From: Saccostrea cucullata
Taxonomy: Eukaryota
DNA length: 64,000 bases
Direction of reading: 5' to 3'
Assembly (NCBI RefSeq): GCF_032062105.1
Contig: NW_026932716.1
Span: 248,001-312,000, forward strand
Below the pieces are notes generated by a model. That model was not told the origin of the DNA and ran no database searches. It was given only the letters and a program-made list of their open reading frames with translations. This document shows, piece by piece, positions 12,001 through 29,030 of this stretch; the first letter of the stretch is position 1; every line of letters begins with the position of its first letter. Position numbers and translations under genes: made by a program.

Positions 12001-14916
12001 TACAAATTGGATGTAACACGACTCATTTTGTAGTTTACTTAAATCCCGATCATGACATGGAACATACGGCGGGGTGTGACCGGTCACCAGAGGATGCTCA
12101 CTCCTCCTTGGCACCTGATCCCACCTCTGATTGTGATTGTGAGATTCGTGTTTGTTCTGCTCCAACATTTATGCATTTATTGTTTAATAGCCCATGATCG
12201 TAGGAACCGGGGGCAGAGGGGGGGGTGGTCTCCCAATAATTTTACTGATATATAAAAAAATATATAAAAATAGCCATACACATGTGCCCCTGGACAAAAG
12301 GTCTGATGACCTTTATTTCTTGCAGAGGAATTGTTTGTAGTTGATAGTGCCCCCTAACGGAAAAATGCTTCCTGCCGGTCTGTTGATGTTTAGGCTTAAA
12401 TGCTGTTCGCTATCTTCATTTACGTGTATTTCATTGCACAAAAATGCAACTGAAGTTCAAAAACGAAGAAATAACATTTTTGAATTTTTTGGACATCGAC
12501 TTATTTAGTCGCAAAACACACACACACAAAAAAAATCTCCAATAATTTTCTGAGAGAGAGAGGGGGGTGGTGGATGTATTTTCAAAAGCAATATATGTGT
12601 AAATTATAATATTAATAAAAAAACAAAAACATGACGACTTTTAGAAATAAAATCTATCTGCAATTTGAACAACTTTTTTGTTTGTTGGATGGTTTCAGGG
12701 ATTTTATTTAACCAAAACCCTTGCTCTCATGTGATTTATTTGCCATGAAAGGTATTGCTTGTACGCACGAGGATAACAAATAAAGTTTCACAATTAAATC
12801 TTATCTTAATGCTTCCCCATATCAAGTGTCATGTTGACTTGTCATTACAAATCAATTAAATAGCAATGGTCGTCGCTTGACCATGTAATCGCTCCTTTCC
12901 TTTACGTCGCCTTAGTATAGAAATTAAAGAAATCATGGCACAAACTTGTGACTTTGATATTTTTTTATTTTAAAAAAATGTTTCTATGTTGACATATATC
13001 TATTTCTTTTTTTGCAACATCAAATAACTAAATTAAACTACACCTGTACGTTGTATATAAACCTTAATATATAATAATATTAAAAGTATAACTGACTAAA
13101 ATTAAATAAGACGAAGAAAAAAATTAAAAGGATTTAAGAAAACTTGTTAAAAATGCTAAATATCTGTACAATACTTAAGGCTATTGTTCTGCAATCATAT
13201 CATAAACAAGATTGGTTCAGATCTTACACTGCCATAAGTCGTACTTAGGAGACTCCGAGTATTTCAATATTAACACTTACTGCAAAAGACATTATGTAAC
13301 AGACCAAGATTTTCTGTTAAATACAATACAATCCATGTTATTATTTACGAGATAAGAGGTGTTATATATATTTTTTTTACAAAAAAGTCAAACATAACAT
13401 TGAATGATTTAAACTCCATAGTTTAAGGTTATGTTATAGGTTTATGGTCCTCTCTATTTCTTCGTTCATCTCAATGAATTTAATTGGTCATTGTTATGTA
13501 ACTTTACTTTTTATTTCATTTGTAAAGTTCAAGATTGAAGACCATCATTGACCTATTTACCATACCTTTTATGGAGAATGGGATGTCCCTTCTTTTGAAC
13601 TGCATGTAAATAGCAGTAATTAAGTATCGCTTTCCATGGCAATGATAGCTATTCTTGCTGCCATTTCTCTATTACGTGGAACGGGCGGTATGCTGGATTC
13701 AGCAAACCATTTACAGGTACATGTTTGGTCAGATCTCAAAAACAACATTCGCAAGTCTCTAAATAGGCAACGACAACGAAGAAATTCTCCCATACAAAAA
13801 AAGTGATATACATGTATCAGAAAATTAATTTTGTTTGAATAAAGATCATCCCTCCATGAAAGGTTTATGCAGGTGCAGCCCCCCACAGAACTCCATCATT
13901 GAGTCTAACGAGAAGTCTAATTTAATCTCCGATGTCTCTATCTCCCGCTAATATCAAATGAACTTTTTTTTAAGTAGCAAGACATAATCAATGTCAATTT
14001 CTGGACACTTAAGAATTAATAACTTACAGTATACATTAATGAGCGACATTCATTACGCACATAACAATGTATTAACTTTTGCAAAAACAGGAGTTATGAA
14101 ATATTTTCGACAACAAAATACCTGGTATATTCGGTGCTTCTTTTGTCCATTGCTGGTCATTCTGTCCGACGGAGGAGGCTCGTAATGCGCCGTTTAATTG
14201 CAGTGTTTGTTTATGATTAGTTAATCATCGTTTAAACAGATAACGGGTTTATTCCTTTTGAGTTAATGGCGACACGCTGACCCGCAATACGGACTTGCGA
14301 TTCTAAAAATCCTTTTTTTAAAAGTCCGGTCAGCATGAAAGAAATATTAAACGAGTATAGCATGAAAAACTGCGGATCAATCGTAAACATAATTATCATA
14401 AATAAAATAAAATTATAAATCAGAATTATAAATAAAATATGTAAATAATTTTAAACGTCATTTAAAGAAGGAACATATTTTTCCCCCTTATTTTAAATGT
14501 AGCGCTCATCTTCATTGTCTGGTGAATAATTACCACAACTTTATTGTAAAAGATGTCAAAACAAACCGTTCGTCTTAATCAAATTACTCTCTTTCCTTCG
14601 CAAAGTTAGCACCCCAAGGTAGAATTTTACGGGAGCACTAGTTTTTGATATATAGATACAGAATAACAATACATATTTAATTTTAATTTCCAAACATGTC
14701 ACGCATTTTTATGATGTATCTTAACATGTCAAGTGCCAACTCTAAATAATTATCGGAATGTTTTTAAGGACAGTTTTCTTAATATAAGACAGAAAAGTCA
14801 GGTATTCTTATATATTTTGTACTTAAATAGCCAAGCAATCAATCTTACCCTAAATGGACATCTTGGTCCGAAATGGTGAGCGATGAAGCGGTCAAGTTCT
14901 GTTTACTCGAAGACAT
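1..14916 (-). CDS. M13 family zinc metallopeptidase (neprilysin / endothelin-converting enzyme-like), type II membrane protein; 3' end outside window
   Basis: GT-AG exons with consistent phases (5'->3'): 14849-14916 (or alternative 14122-14150), 11663-11874, 11477-11509, 11135-11296, 10737-10820, 7396-7601, 7081-7260, 6689-6775, 6295-6434, 6117-6210, 5893-6021, 5394-5492, 4809-4886, 3694-3797, 3547-3605, 3360-3411, 2980-3047, 2561-2691, 1033-1098, 324-428, 1-60 (~739 codons in window). Motifs: TM anchor [75 protein letters not shown] (HExxH), [13 protein letters not shown]...DPH. Confidence 0.95.
1892..2441. mobile_element. PIF/Harbinger-type non-autonomous element (MITE) in an M13 intron
   Basis: ~36-bp near-perfect TIRs GGGCC(G/A)GT(A/G)CACACGGTAAGGCTTGCCTTATAAGTC, flanked by TAA on both sides (1889-1891, 2442-2444). 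Confidence 0.85.
3097..3240 (+). mobile_element. Penelope-like element (Naiad-type) 3'-terminal fragment
   Basis: Conserved terminus GGGGATGCTCACTCCTCCGTGGCACCTGATCCCACCTCTGATG...TACTGTTCGTTATCTCCATATCC shared with the RT-bearing copies. Confidence 0.85.
3990..4610 (+). mobile_element. Penelope-like element: 3' RT fragment plus 3' terminus
   Basis: Decayed YPGELEI.DTTESD...[17 protein letters not shown]...LKSSFR.FYG followed by the conserved terminus. Confidence 0.9.
5003..5088. repeat. Short palindromic (hairpin) element
   Basis: Arms AAAATCTACAAATCTGTAAGCAGGATATAAAACC and GGTTTTATACCCTGCTTAAAGGTTTGTAGATTTT are near reverse complements around a ~13-nt spacer. Confidence 0.75.
7750..8290. 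mobile_element. Two Penelope-like 3' ends in tail-to-tail inverted arrangement (7750-8060 +, 8085-8290 -)
   Basis: The conserved terminus is present on the + strand and immediately afterwards as its reverse complement. Confidence 0.8.
8800..9480 (+). mobile_element. Degenerate Penelope-like RT fragment plus 3' terminus
   Basis: Remnants of [40 protein letters not shown] and the terminus. Confidence 0.8.
12045..12180 (+). mobile_element. Penelope-like 3'-terminal fragment
   Basis: CCCGATCATGAC...GGTGTGACCGGTCA...GATGCTCACTCCTCCTTGGCACCTGATCCCACCTCTGA. Confidence 0.8.
14122..14150 (-). CDS. Candidate alternative first coding exon of the M13 peptidase ([10 protein letters not shown])
   Basis: ATG at 14150-14148 and a phase-2 donor CAG|GTATTT that matches the phase-2 acceptor at 11874. 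Confidence 0.5.
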
Positions 14917-15934
14917 GTCCACTGAGTCTGTCCGGGGACACGACAGGGCATCGACACGCGATCGATCTGAGACGAGGGATGATGGAACACGTCAAGGACA
15001 CGCTTCCGTGGATAGAGCCGCGACACCTCACGTGTGTGTCCTCTTAGAACCGTGGACAGAGAGGAGATCCCCGCGTCCACCGCTTCACTGGATGCGGACA
15101 ATGTGGACAGGACAACAGACGTGACGGACTCTGTAGACAGACCCGTCATAAGTTAACAAAAATGCTTTATGAATTCAAGTGCATTTAAAAGGTTTGGTGG
15201 GTGTTTGATGAATGTTTTTGAGACAAGAGGTTGTATACATGTATATATAATGATTGTGTGTTATTTCGATCCTCTAGGGGTCTTGATGTGTGCAAAAATG
15301 CGCGTTTTTGTTTCCAGGTGAAATATTCAATTCCGAAATAAAAGAAAGTCCATAGGATTAAAAAAAAAATACGCATGTGTTTATTGAGGTTTGTTTCTAC
15401 GATTCATAACTCCTGATTATATCATTAATTGTATCCTGTTATTTTTGTTGTCATTTTCCAAATATGTTTAAAAATTACGATTTAGAAATGCAACAATCCC
15501 ACCAATTTAATCAAGGAGACATAATTATGTAATTAGATACGTGGTTGGAAATTTTATAAAATTTTTGAGATTTGAGGTTGGGGAAGGAGATTTCAGCGGA
15601 AAACTTCTTACTTTTATAAAATTATACTCCTGGAACATAATTCTTAAGCCGCACGCCACTGAATAAAGTTTTTTCAACCAGACTTTCAAAAATAGAAAAT
15701 TAAAGTCCCCCTGCCTACGACAGGCTCAACATCATGAAAATGTGAATAATTCAATTATGAGATTTATTGAACGACTAATCATAATAGCTTCCCGAGACTT
15801 AATAACTGCATAACCTGGGTTTGGGCATTTTTGCAATGCAAATTGTAATAACAAGGCAAAATGTAAGAAACTGGGAACATTGCATTTTGCGTCAACTTAT
15901 ATATTGCTTTGATATCAATACAAAATGTTGTATA

Positions 15935-16423
15935 ATGCTCTTTTTGTTTAACGTTTATTTCAAGAATTCACGCTTATTGAGACGCCACCACCTGTCGCAG
16001 AGGGCTGCTTTACTCGGCACTCTGAGGCACTGAGCAGTGAAGAATCTTTTTTGTGCCAGGACACCATGACACTGAACCTCAGATAGAGCACGGTAACATG
16101 TTCCGCAGAAGTATTTTAATCTGCGAATTATGGATTGCTGACTGACGTTATTCATACTAATGGTTAGGGCATTTTTTTACACACTGAATTTCCCGATCAT
16201 GACAAGGAGCACACGGCGAATGTGACAGGTCGACAGGGGATGCTCACTCTTCCATGGCACCTGATCCCACTACTAATGTTTTAGAGGTCTGCGTTTGCTC
16301 TGCTTTTGTTTTGTAATGCTTTAAGTTTAATGGACTTTGAGCTTGAATACTTTTCGTCATATCCACATATTTCATCTCCTAACCTCGCTACTAAAACGCT
16401 TTAACCAATGCGCCACGCGGGCT
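15935..16423 (-). mobile_element. tRNA-derived SINE interrupted by a Penelope-like 3' fragment (16135-16375, +)
   Basis: On the minus strand, a tRNA-like head GCCCGCGTGGCGCATTGGTTAAAGCG (16423-16395) and a body/tail ...GTGCCGAGTAAAGC...GGTGGCGTCTC...ACGTTAAACAAA (16075-15940) match the SINE at 16655; the PLE terminus sits between them. Confidence 0.65.
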
Positions 16424-16654
16424 ACATGTAACAATATTCTGAACTTTTAGTACCCCATCCCCCCATCCCCAGCTTGAGTATGTCCGTTCCTACGACTGTC
16501 TTGAAGTCAGCTCGTTTGTCTGTACTGTACGCCCGCCCGTCTGAGTGAAATATCCATCTCTTATGCGCAACTCTTCTTATACCACTGAATGAAATTTAAT
16601 CAAACTTTCACGGAACATCTGTTAAAAAATGTGTCTGATTTAGAGTCGCAAAGG

Positions 16655-16905
16655 AAGGTTGATTGATTGTCTGTTGTTTAATTTCCCTCTCGGAAATTTT
16701 TCACTCATACGGAGACGCCACCACTTGCCGATGGAGAGCTTCAAATTTTGTCTTATACTCGGCATTCAGGACCAGCGAGCAGGGAGGGATATTTATGTGC
16801 CAGCATCTACTGCGACACAGAACCTCAGTTTATACGGGCTCATCTGAAGGACCGCTCTCCGGGTCCCACAGTGGGATTCGAACCCACGGCGTAACTTCGC
16901 GCAGT
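16655..16905 (-). mobile_element. tRNA-derived SINE (5'-truncated)
   Basis: B box GGGTTCGAATCCC, body homologous to the SINE at 56430, and a simple-repeat tail AAACAACAGACAATCAATC. Confidence 0.8.
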
Positions 16906-18464
16906 GGGGTTCACCCCCCCCCCCCACCCCCACCCCCAAATCGCGCGTTGTAACCAAAAATAAAATATTTGAAGATGCTTAGAAGTAAACAGCGTTTTTG
17001 ACTCAATTACGATTAAAGTTTTAATTTTTTTTCTTGCAAAGTGAAGGTTCAGAGGATTCTCGTATCTGTTGTTTTTGGGAAGACTTTTACTGTATATGTA
17101 TATGTCTACGTTATATTTTATAATTTCAGAGGGCATGTTCTAGATCTGTATCAGTTAAATTAACTATAATGTAGGGTACATAAATTATTTTTTAATCTTT
17201 ATGTCTGAATACTTTACGTGTGATATTTACTTGTACTCAACTTAATCTCGTCCTGTTAATAAGATTCTGCTGCCTAGAAAGACAAATATGTGATACTTTG
17301 ATCAGCAACGAAGGAGGTGTAACTGTAAATAATACTACTTACGAAAAGTAAACAACTGTATTTTAAAGTGACATACCCGCGAATCTTCTTCAAAATCTGA
17401 CTTACTGTAATAATATCAAAAAGAAACGAGAAAATCGGCAGGTTTTTCATTTTGATAATCGTATTCAGTAATTTAAAGTTTGGAACATAGATTGTGTAAT
17501 TTATGTACAACATCTTTGTATGACTATATTTGAATATCAGAAATAAAAACTGGCAAAAAATTATCTTAATGACACACACGGACATCATTCTTTTGTATTA
17601 TGAATAATATTATCACAGGAGTGAAATATGACTGTAGGAATTTATACGTAATACGAGCGGGAGTGACTGTAACAAGTAAATGAATGTGGTTTTGCATGTT
17701 TACTTAGAAAATCGGATTTTGCATGTTTTGACCTGAAATGACTATATGATTTATGTTTTGATTTTAGAATTTAGTGTTGTTTTTTTTCTTTGGTAAAATT
17801 ACCGTAAAATTAAAGAATAACTTTTTTCCATGCATCATCCACCCATAGAGAAAGAGAGGGAGAGAGAGAGAGCAATATGATAATTTAAAAAATCCTCTTA
17901 TCCTCTGTGTTTTTTATTAGGAAATGTATAGGGCGATATTAAGTACTATGTAAACTTTACATGACAAAAAGGGTGTTTAATGAATTCCCGTGTTGATATA
18001 AGGACGATTGATATCCCTTCTATAGAATGTTTTAAAATAATCTTGTCAAGTTTATTTGTGCTTCATGCAGTTATCTGTTCTTCTTGGCAATATGACACAG
18101 ATTTCCAAAATATATATATATACTCATAAATCTCTTCTATCATAATAAAGGACACTGCATCCATAGATAAAGATTGATCAAAGGGCCTACTTTGTTACTT
18201 GAATTTGTTCGTACCAGTTATGTCATTTGTCATACTAACTACGCATGCGCTAAGATCCGTTAGAATTTTCCAAAATGAAGATTTTTAAATTGCTGAAAAA
18301 TAAACACAATTTTTCTTTATTTTTTATGGTGCCGTTCTAACTTTTCAACGGGAAAAAATTACTGACACTGAACACTTAAACAAAATACAATTTGAAAAAT
18401 TCTGTGCACGCGTTTTATGATTTCATATTTGAATCGAGATATGAAAAATGTAGTACAAAATCGC

Positions 18465-18695
18465 ATCATCGAGGTTTTGGTCGATAATGCGATGACTTAA
18501 TGATACGATGAAACGATGATGGGATGGTGCGATGAAGCTAAATAGATGTTAACCTTTATGCACCATTATCATTGCAAAGTCGCGCCATCGCATCATCGTC
18601 ACAGGCTCACAGCGCTATTGCACCGTCGCGTTATTGCATTGCATTATCGCGACATCGACCGTTTATTTGATTCTCGATGGTCGATGATGAACTGA
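18465..18695. repeat. CGATG/CATCG-rich imperfect inverted low-complexity repeat
   Basis: A run of CGATG-type units (18480-18535) is followed by CATCG-type units (18560-18660); CpG-rich relative to the flanks. Confidence 0.5.
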
Positions 18696-20425
18696 TCGAA
18701 GTCATCCTATCCGAATTCTATAGAATTAAACCCTAACAAGTCTAATGCTTCAGAAAAATCACAGTCTTTAAAATGCACATGATTAGAAGTTTTACTAAAA
18801 TACAATTCTTGAAGTTTTACTTTCCACTCGATCAAGTTTTGCTGATTACAGAGATTAAAGAAAATAAAGACAAGCATGCCAGATATGGTTGTGTAGATAA
18901 ATTATCGTAGAAGACATGCATAGGTATAAACAGTTTACCCGTGCATTTCCTATGAAAGTGTAAATGAGCGCGATTCTAAGGCAGGGGGGGTACTCGGTGT
19001 AAATTGGAGTTTGATACCTTGTGTTATTATTATACTATGGATCAAAAATTTATTACAGAAACAAGTGCCTGTGAGACATGCCCTGTGTATATTTCACTCG
19101 TACAGTATCTAATTCTGAATTGTAGGGCATTGATAAGTATGTCGGTAGAGAAATATTCCAAGGTGCGAAAGCGCCATATAGCTCTTGATCTATGAATTCT
19201 TGTAAAGAATTCTTTGTTAATCACTTCCTGTACACTTTATGATTAATTATGATTAATAAATCAAATATGGTTAAAATGCACAGTAATAATGTAAAACGGT
19301 ACAAGATCAGCGCCTTCCTGAATAATGTATTTACATTAAGTCTGGGAAATGAATGCAATGATTCGTCAGATTTAGTGTGAACAAGGTCCGCTTACGTTTT
19401 CCTATAACAATTAATCATCGCCTGGGAAAGAACAGTAGTGAAGGATCAATGGTTACTACTGCGGTGGACTTTTCCTTCAGCGATTCTGAAGTACATTTGT
19501 TTTTCTATAATCTTGGACCTCAATTCTTATTATAAATTAATCTTAAAGTTGGAGCATATAAACTTCATATTTTGATTAACTGGTTTTGCTGATTAAAAGT
19601 TATTGAAAGAATTTGCTGAGTATTTCGCCAAGGCTTAAGAAGTATTTTTAAAAAATCAATTCATATGTTTATGAAATATATATACCCTAAAATGTCAACA
19701 TCTCCTCATTTACAAACCTTTGTCATTTGTTAAAATAAATTAAAACCACAAATCATAAATTTTACTTAATGATGAGAAAAATATGATTAAATCAAGAAAA
19801 GTTGTGGTCGCTTTCCACTGCGATAGATAGATTATTTCTAAACTTAACACAGTTACTAGGAGTCAAGAAATTTTAGAGTTTTCTGGTGATCGTTTCGCAT
19901 AATAAAACGCGAGTTGACCCTCTTAAATAAATAATTGAAGAACGTATCCTATTAAAGGTTTCCTATTTCCTTTTCTTTTTTTACATTTGTGACCCCGTGA
20001 GATTTTGCTCGCCTAATTCACCCATCTTCTTTCATAATCATAAGATACGAAAATTGCCTTGTTCCCAGAGAGGGAATTATTCATTGGAGATACAGTACGT
20101 ATGCACCCGTTGTAACTAGTTGAGGTTATTAAGAAGCGCTTTGTGACTGTCCTATGACCCCATCATTCCTTGCAATTAATTATAATGTTACAAAACTGTT
20201 TCAACAACAGTACGTAGGAATAGACCTGTTAAGTAAACAATGTGACGTAGATTGTTTAAATTGTCTGCTGCTGGCCGCCTCTGATGTTGATAAACCACAG
20301 AAATAGTCCAACTTCTTAGCAACATGTTTCAACATGTTTCAACGTAAGCCTTTTTTCTTTTGTTTGTTCAACGATATGTTTACAATATATTTGGAAATAT
20401 GAAGAACAGTAGTGTTGAAGTGAAG

Positions 20426-20431
20426 TTTATT
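20426..20431 (-). terminator. Polyadenylation signal AATAAA of GH9 copy 1
   Basis: TTTATT on the + strand, ~25 nt downstream of the stop codon. Confidence 0.6.
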
Positions 20432-20455
20432 TGCAAACTTCACACAGATCACCAT

Positions 20456-24769
<4,314 letters not shown>

Positions 24770-24974
24770 GGCTCTTTAATATGTATTATAAAATGCGATC
24801 AGTAAATGAAATACTGTAAATATTTTTCTAGTCATCGAAACTCTTCTCTGGAAAACATTTATTATGTTCGATAATGTGTGACCTATTAAATAAATATTAT
24901 AAAATATCTAAATGATTCTCTATTATTTCGATGAAAAACGTTTCAAAGAATTATATGGACAAAACAAAAATACC

Positions 24975-25680
24975 GGGTATGGAGAAAAACGAAGAGTATT
25001 CAAGATCAAAAGTTCATAAAACAATACAAAATAGAAGCAGAGCAATTTGACTCAATGATAAATTGTATCTATCATTGACTAGGTCATTGTATCGACCATA
25101 TAACTTAAGAAATGATGACTTTAAACGAGACTGTTGTTATTCTTTTTTCATGAACTTAATTGTTGGTCAATAATTAACCTCCTTTTAGAAATTGTTCATA
25201 CGTAGAGCATGCTTTTGCGTATCGAGATATATTAATTCCGTATGCAGGTGCTGAAGGTATATTGCTGCACAAGTAAGGGAAATTGACGATATAAAAGTTG
25301 AAGTTATCACGTTTATCTTAGAGTTTGGTTGTTAGATTACCGCTAACGTCTTTTTCAGGTAAAATATCCAAGTATGAAACAGATGAGTCAGACCAATGTG
25401 GTATCTTTTATCTCAAGCTCTCCTGGATATACTTAGTCCATAAAACAATACAAAACAGGCGCAGAGCAAATATAGACCTCTAAAACATTAGAGGTGAAAT
25501 CAGGTGCCATGTCCTTGATATGATTGGGAAATAAGGGAGAAATCCGTGGACAATTCAGTGTGTAAATAATTAAAGCCTTACACTTAGTATGAAAAATGAA
25601 GTAAGATTAATTTTATTCACTGAAAAGGTCATTGTATCAACCACAGAACATACAAAATGGTGACTTCTAACGATACTGTT
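24975..25680 (-). mobile_element. Two tandem Penelope-like 3' fragments upstream of the GH9 copy 1 coding exon 1
   Basis: Reverse complement of the RT C-terminus and terminus occurs twice (24975-25430, 25435-25680). Confidence 0.8.
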
Positions 25681-26864
25681 TTTGTTTTAAATTATTTTTA
25701 AACTTTCTTATTTTTCCATGTGTAAATACAAATTCTAAAGAAAAAAATTTTAAAGTTTACTTTACAAAGAAACATGCTATGATAATATATTTTCTTTTTA
25801 AAATTTTATAAAACAAGCAAATTCATTAAACAGTAAATAATACAGTATATTCATAATTATAAACATTGTATCTATATAAGAAAACATGTAGATCAAGAGA
25901 TTTTTCTACAACTTAGATCTTTCGCCTCAGATAGAAAATCAGTACAACTGATTCAGATTACAAAAATGATAAATTATTTAAAATAACAAAAAATGTCTAC
26001 AGACAAGTATGTAATTTTGTAATTTAGGAAGGACCGATTACCTTGCAACTATCTACCAAGCAATTGTAGACTCCCTGGTGTACAATGTTAAGGCACAGGA
26101 TTAATCAAAAGAGAACACATAAAACTTTCATATCGATAAACTAGAGAGGAGCACACAATGTCTCTGATTTAAGGTTAATATACATGTACAGAATTCTTAT
26201 GACATTTATCTCGTTCAAACGTGTGTCGGTGCCAACGCCTTCTTCCAAAGTTATAAGTATTTCTGCTGAATGTAAATTTTTTAACTGAATAAACTATAGC
26301 CCTTACGAAAAACCTAACCCTAACCCTGAGTTTTTTGTAGAGTAAATTAATATGGCTTAAAAAAGGTTTAAAAACTGCCTTTGTGAAACAGTTGCATGTA
26401 TATGTATTTAAAAACCACGAATCCAAGTCACTTTTTCCCACCTCTAGAATTTCCAGGGATTTTTGTATCATACACTCTCTACAGATTTGAGTTGTTAATA
26501 TATTTTTGGATCGAAAATGGTTCCTTGTTTTCATTAGATAAAAAAACTAACTAAATAGACGATGTTATTTAAATCGATATATCTTGACCGAAATCATCAC
26601 ATCTGTGCATGAACAGTCATCTTTGACAACTGTATAATATTGCGGTACACAGCTCTGTCCGGCAAAGCCTAGGAACCGTAGCTGCCTCCAAGGTAAATTA
26701 TCATCCCGTTTTCTTTGGTATTGCCAGTGTGACAGTTAACGGCGGATCTGAAAGATTAATAGAGAATGCTTTCGTTACCAATTTTACCACTGTTTTAAGA
26801 GGTTCGTGTTTGCTCTTCTCCTGAGTTTAATTGTTTCTTTGAGATTTTGAATGCAATATATTAA

Positions 26865-29030
26865 GATAACGAACAGTATTCGAGCTCAAAAGACCATTAA
26901 ATAATAAAAATATGAGAAGAGCCAACAAGGACCCCAAAACATCAGAGGTGTAATCACATGCCATGGAGGAGTGAGCATCCCCTGCCGACCAGTCACACCC
27001 GCCGCGTTGTCCTTGTCATGGTAAATAATGGGAAAGGGAAAATCGGTAATCAATTCAGTGTATAAATAATGGACTAACAATTTGTATGGAAAAACGTCAG
27101 TCAACATTGCATTTGCTGACAGTGTCGTTGCATCGATCATAGAACGTACGAAATGATTACTGTAAGCGAGACTGTTAATATTCGTGTTTCATAAACTTGT
27201 TTTACATTGATTTACATAGTTTTGGAAATTTCATAAACTTGTTTTACATTGATTTACATCGTTTTAGAAATTTTACATATGTACAGCATGCTCTTGCGCA
27301 TTGAATTAACTGAGAGATATAAACTTCGTATGCAGGTAATGAATATGTATTGCTGTATTAAGGGAAGTTGAAGATTGAAAAGTTAAAGTCATTACGTTTA
27401 TCATTGATATATATAAATTTGGATATAACAAACAAAAGAAGGATAATTTATGGAAATAACGATTTATTCAATATTCAATCTCAAAATCCATAAAACAATA
27501 CGAAATAGGAGCAAAGTAAACACGGACCTCCAAAACATCAGAGGTGGGATCAGATACCATGGAGGAGTGAGCATCCCCTGCTGACCGGTCTCACCCGCCG
27601 TGTGCTCCTTGTTATGATCAGGAAATAGCAGGAAAATCGTCGTCAATTCAGTGTATAAATAATGGACTAACAATTATATGAAAAACGTCAGTCAGCATTT
27701 GACTCAATGATAAATTGTATATCCTGACAAGGTCATTGTATCGACCATAGAACTTAGAATCTTTAGAAATTGCTCATACGTAGAACATGCTTTTGCATAT
27801 CGAATCAACTGAGATATATATACTCCGTATGCAGATGATGAAGGTACATGTATATTGCTGCATAAGTAAGGGAAACTGACGATAGAAAAGTTAAAGTCAT
27901 CACGTTTATCATATAGCTCGGTTGTTAGATTACCATTAACGTCTTTTTCAAGTAAAATATCCAAGTATGAAACAGATGTGTCAGACTCTGTGGTATCTTT
28001 TATCTCAAGTTCACTAGTATATATCGTTTCGACGTAGGAATGGAAATTATCATTGTTAATTGACAATACGTCGTCGATATATCTAAATGTCGAGTTGAAG
28101 GCCATAGCAAATGATTTCTTCTTTTCACGCATAAGACTTTGCACAAATTCTGCTTCATATGAATATCAAAATAGGTCTGCTAATAACGGAGCGCAATTGG
28201 TACCCATTGGATTCCAATAGATTGATGGAATTCCTGGTCTCCAAAAACCATATAAATATTGTCAATCAGAAATTCAAGCATCTCTTTGATGTTAACTTCA
28301 AAGTACTTGTATGTGCAATCAGAATGTGTTTTAAAATAATTTTGCAAATGACCAATGACCAGATAAGTAAATTTACGAGTTCCATTTTTATTGAATAAGC
28401 AGCTGTCAATGATATCAAAAAGCCTGGACTTTAATTTATTGTGGGGAATGGTTGTTTATAAAGTTGAAAAGTAGTAAAATTTTAAGCTATGATTTTGGTA
28501 AAATTTTGTGATTTCAAATTGTCCAAAAGTTCTTTGGAATTTTTAAGTATCCACATCTGATTCACAACACTTCTTGAATATATTGTTGCACAGTACTCTT
28601 GAAGTTTTTCCTTCACTACTGTCAATATCTTAGTGAGGAGTAATGAAAGAGGCTTGGTTGAACATTTACTGGAAGCCGCAATGTGTCTTTGTTTGTAAGG
28701 ATTTTAATGAAGTTTTGAAAACCAATATATATAGGGTAGTTCAAATTCATTTTGGCTCTGTGGAATATTAAAAATATTTAAAACTGACAAATATGATTTT
28801 GAAGAATTTCTTCCTTAGAGAGGAGAGTATGAGTATAAGTAGGATTACCACTTGTAGAATAAAATCGAAGTTCTTATAAAATACAATTTATATGATGAGC
28901 CTTACAAACGAAGACAATGTTGTTACCAGCTTTTTCGGCAGGGACCAGTACGTACTAATCATGTAATCCATCTAATTCTTTTTTTCACTTTGAACACAGA
29001 AGGATAGATGGTTTTCATATTGCCCCTCAA
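26865..29030 (-). mobile_element. Penelope-like element: 5'-truncated RT copy (27455-29030) plus a tandem 3' fragment (26865-27410)
   Basis: ORF 27704-28144 has [38 protein letters not shown]. Upstream are PMGTNCAPLLADLF, YWFSKLH.NPYKQR.IAASSKCSTKPLS and VLVPAEKAGNN. Confidence 0.92.

Noticed and set aside
13566-13670. Third alternative first exon of the M13 gene (donor AAG|GTATGG)
   Set aside because: No ATG in the frame required by the phase-2 acceptor; at most a non-coding exon.
14873-15124. Plus-strand 83-aa ORF
   Set aside because: Antisense to the GC-rich 5' end of the M13 gene, with no recognisable motifs or splice context.
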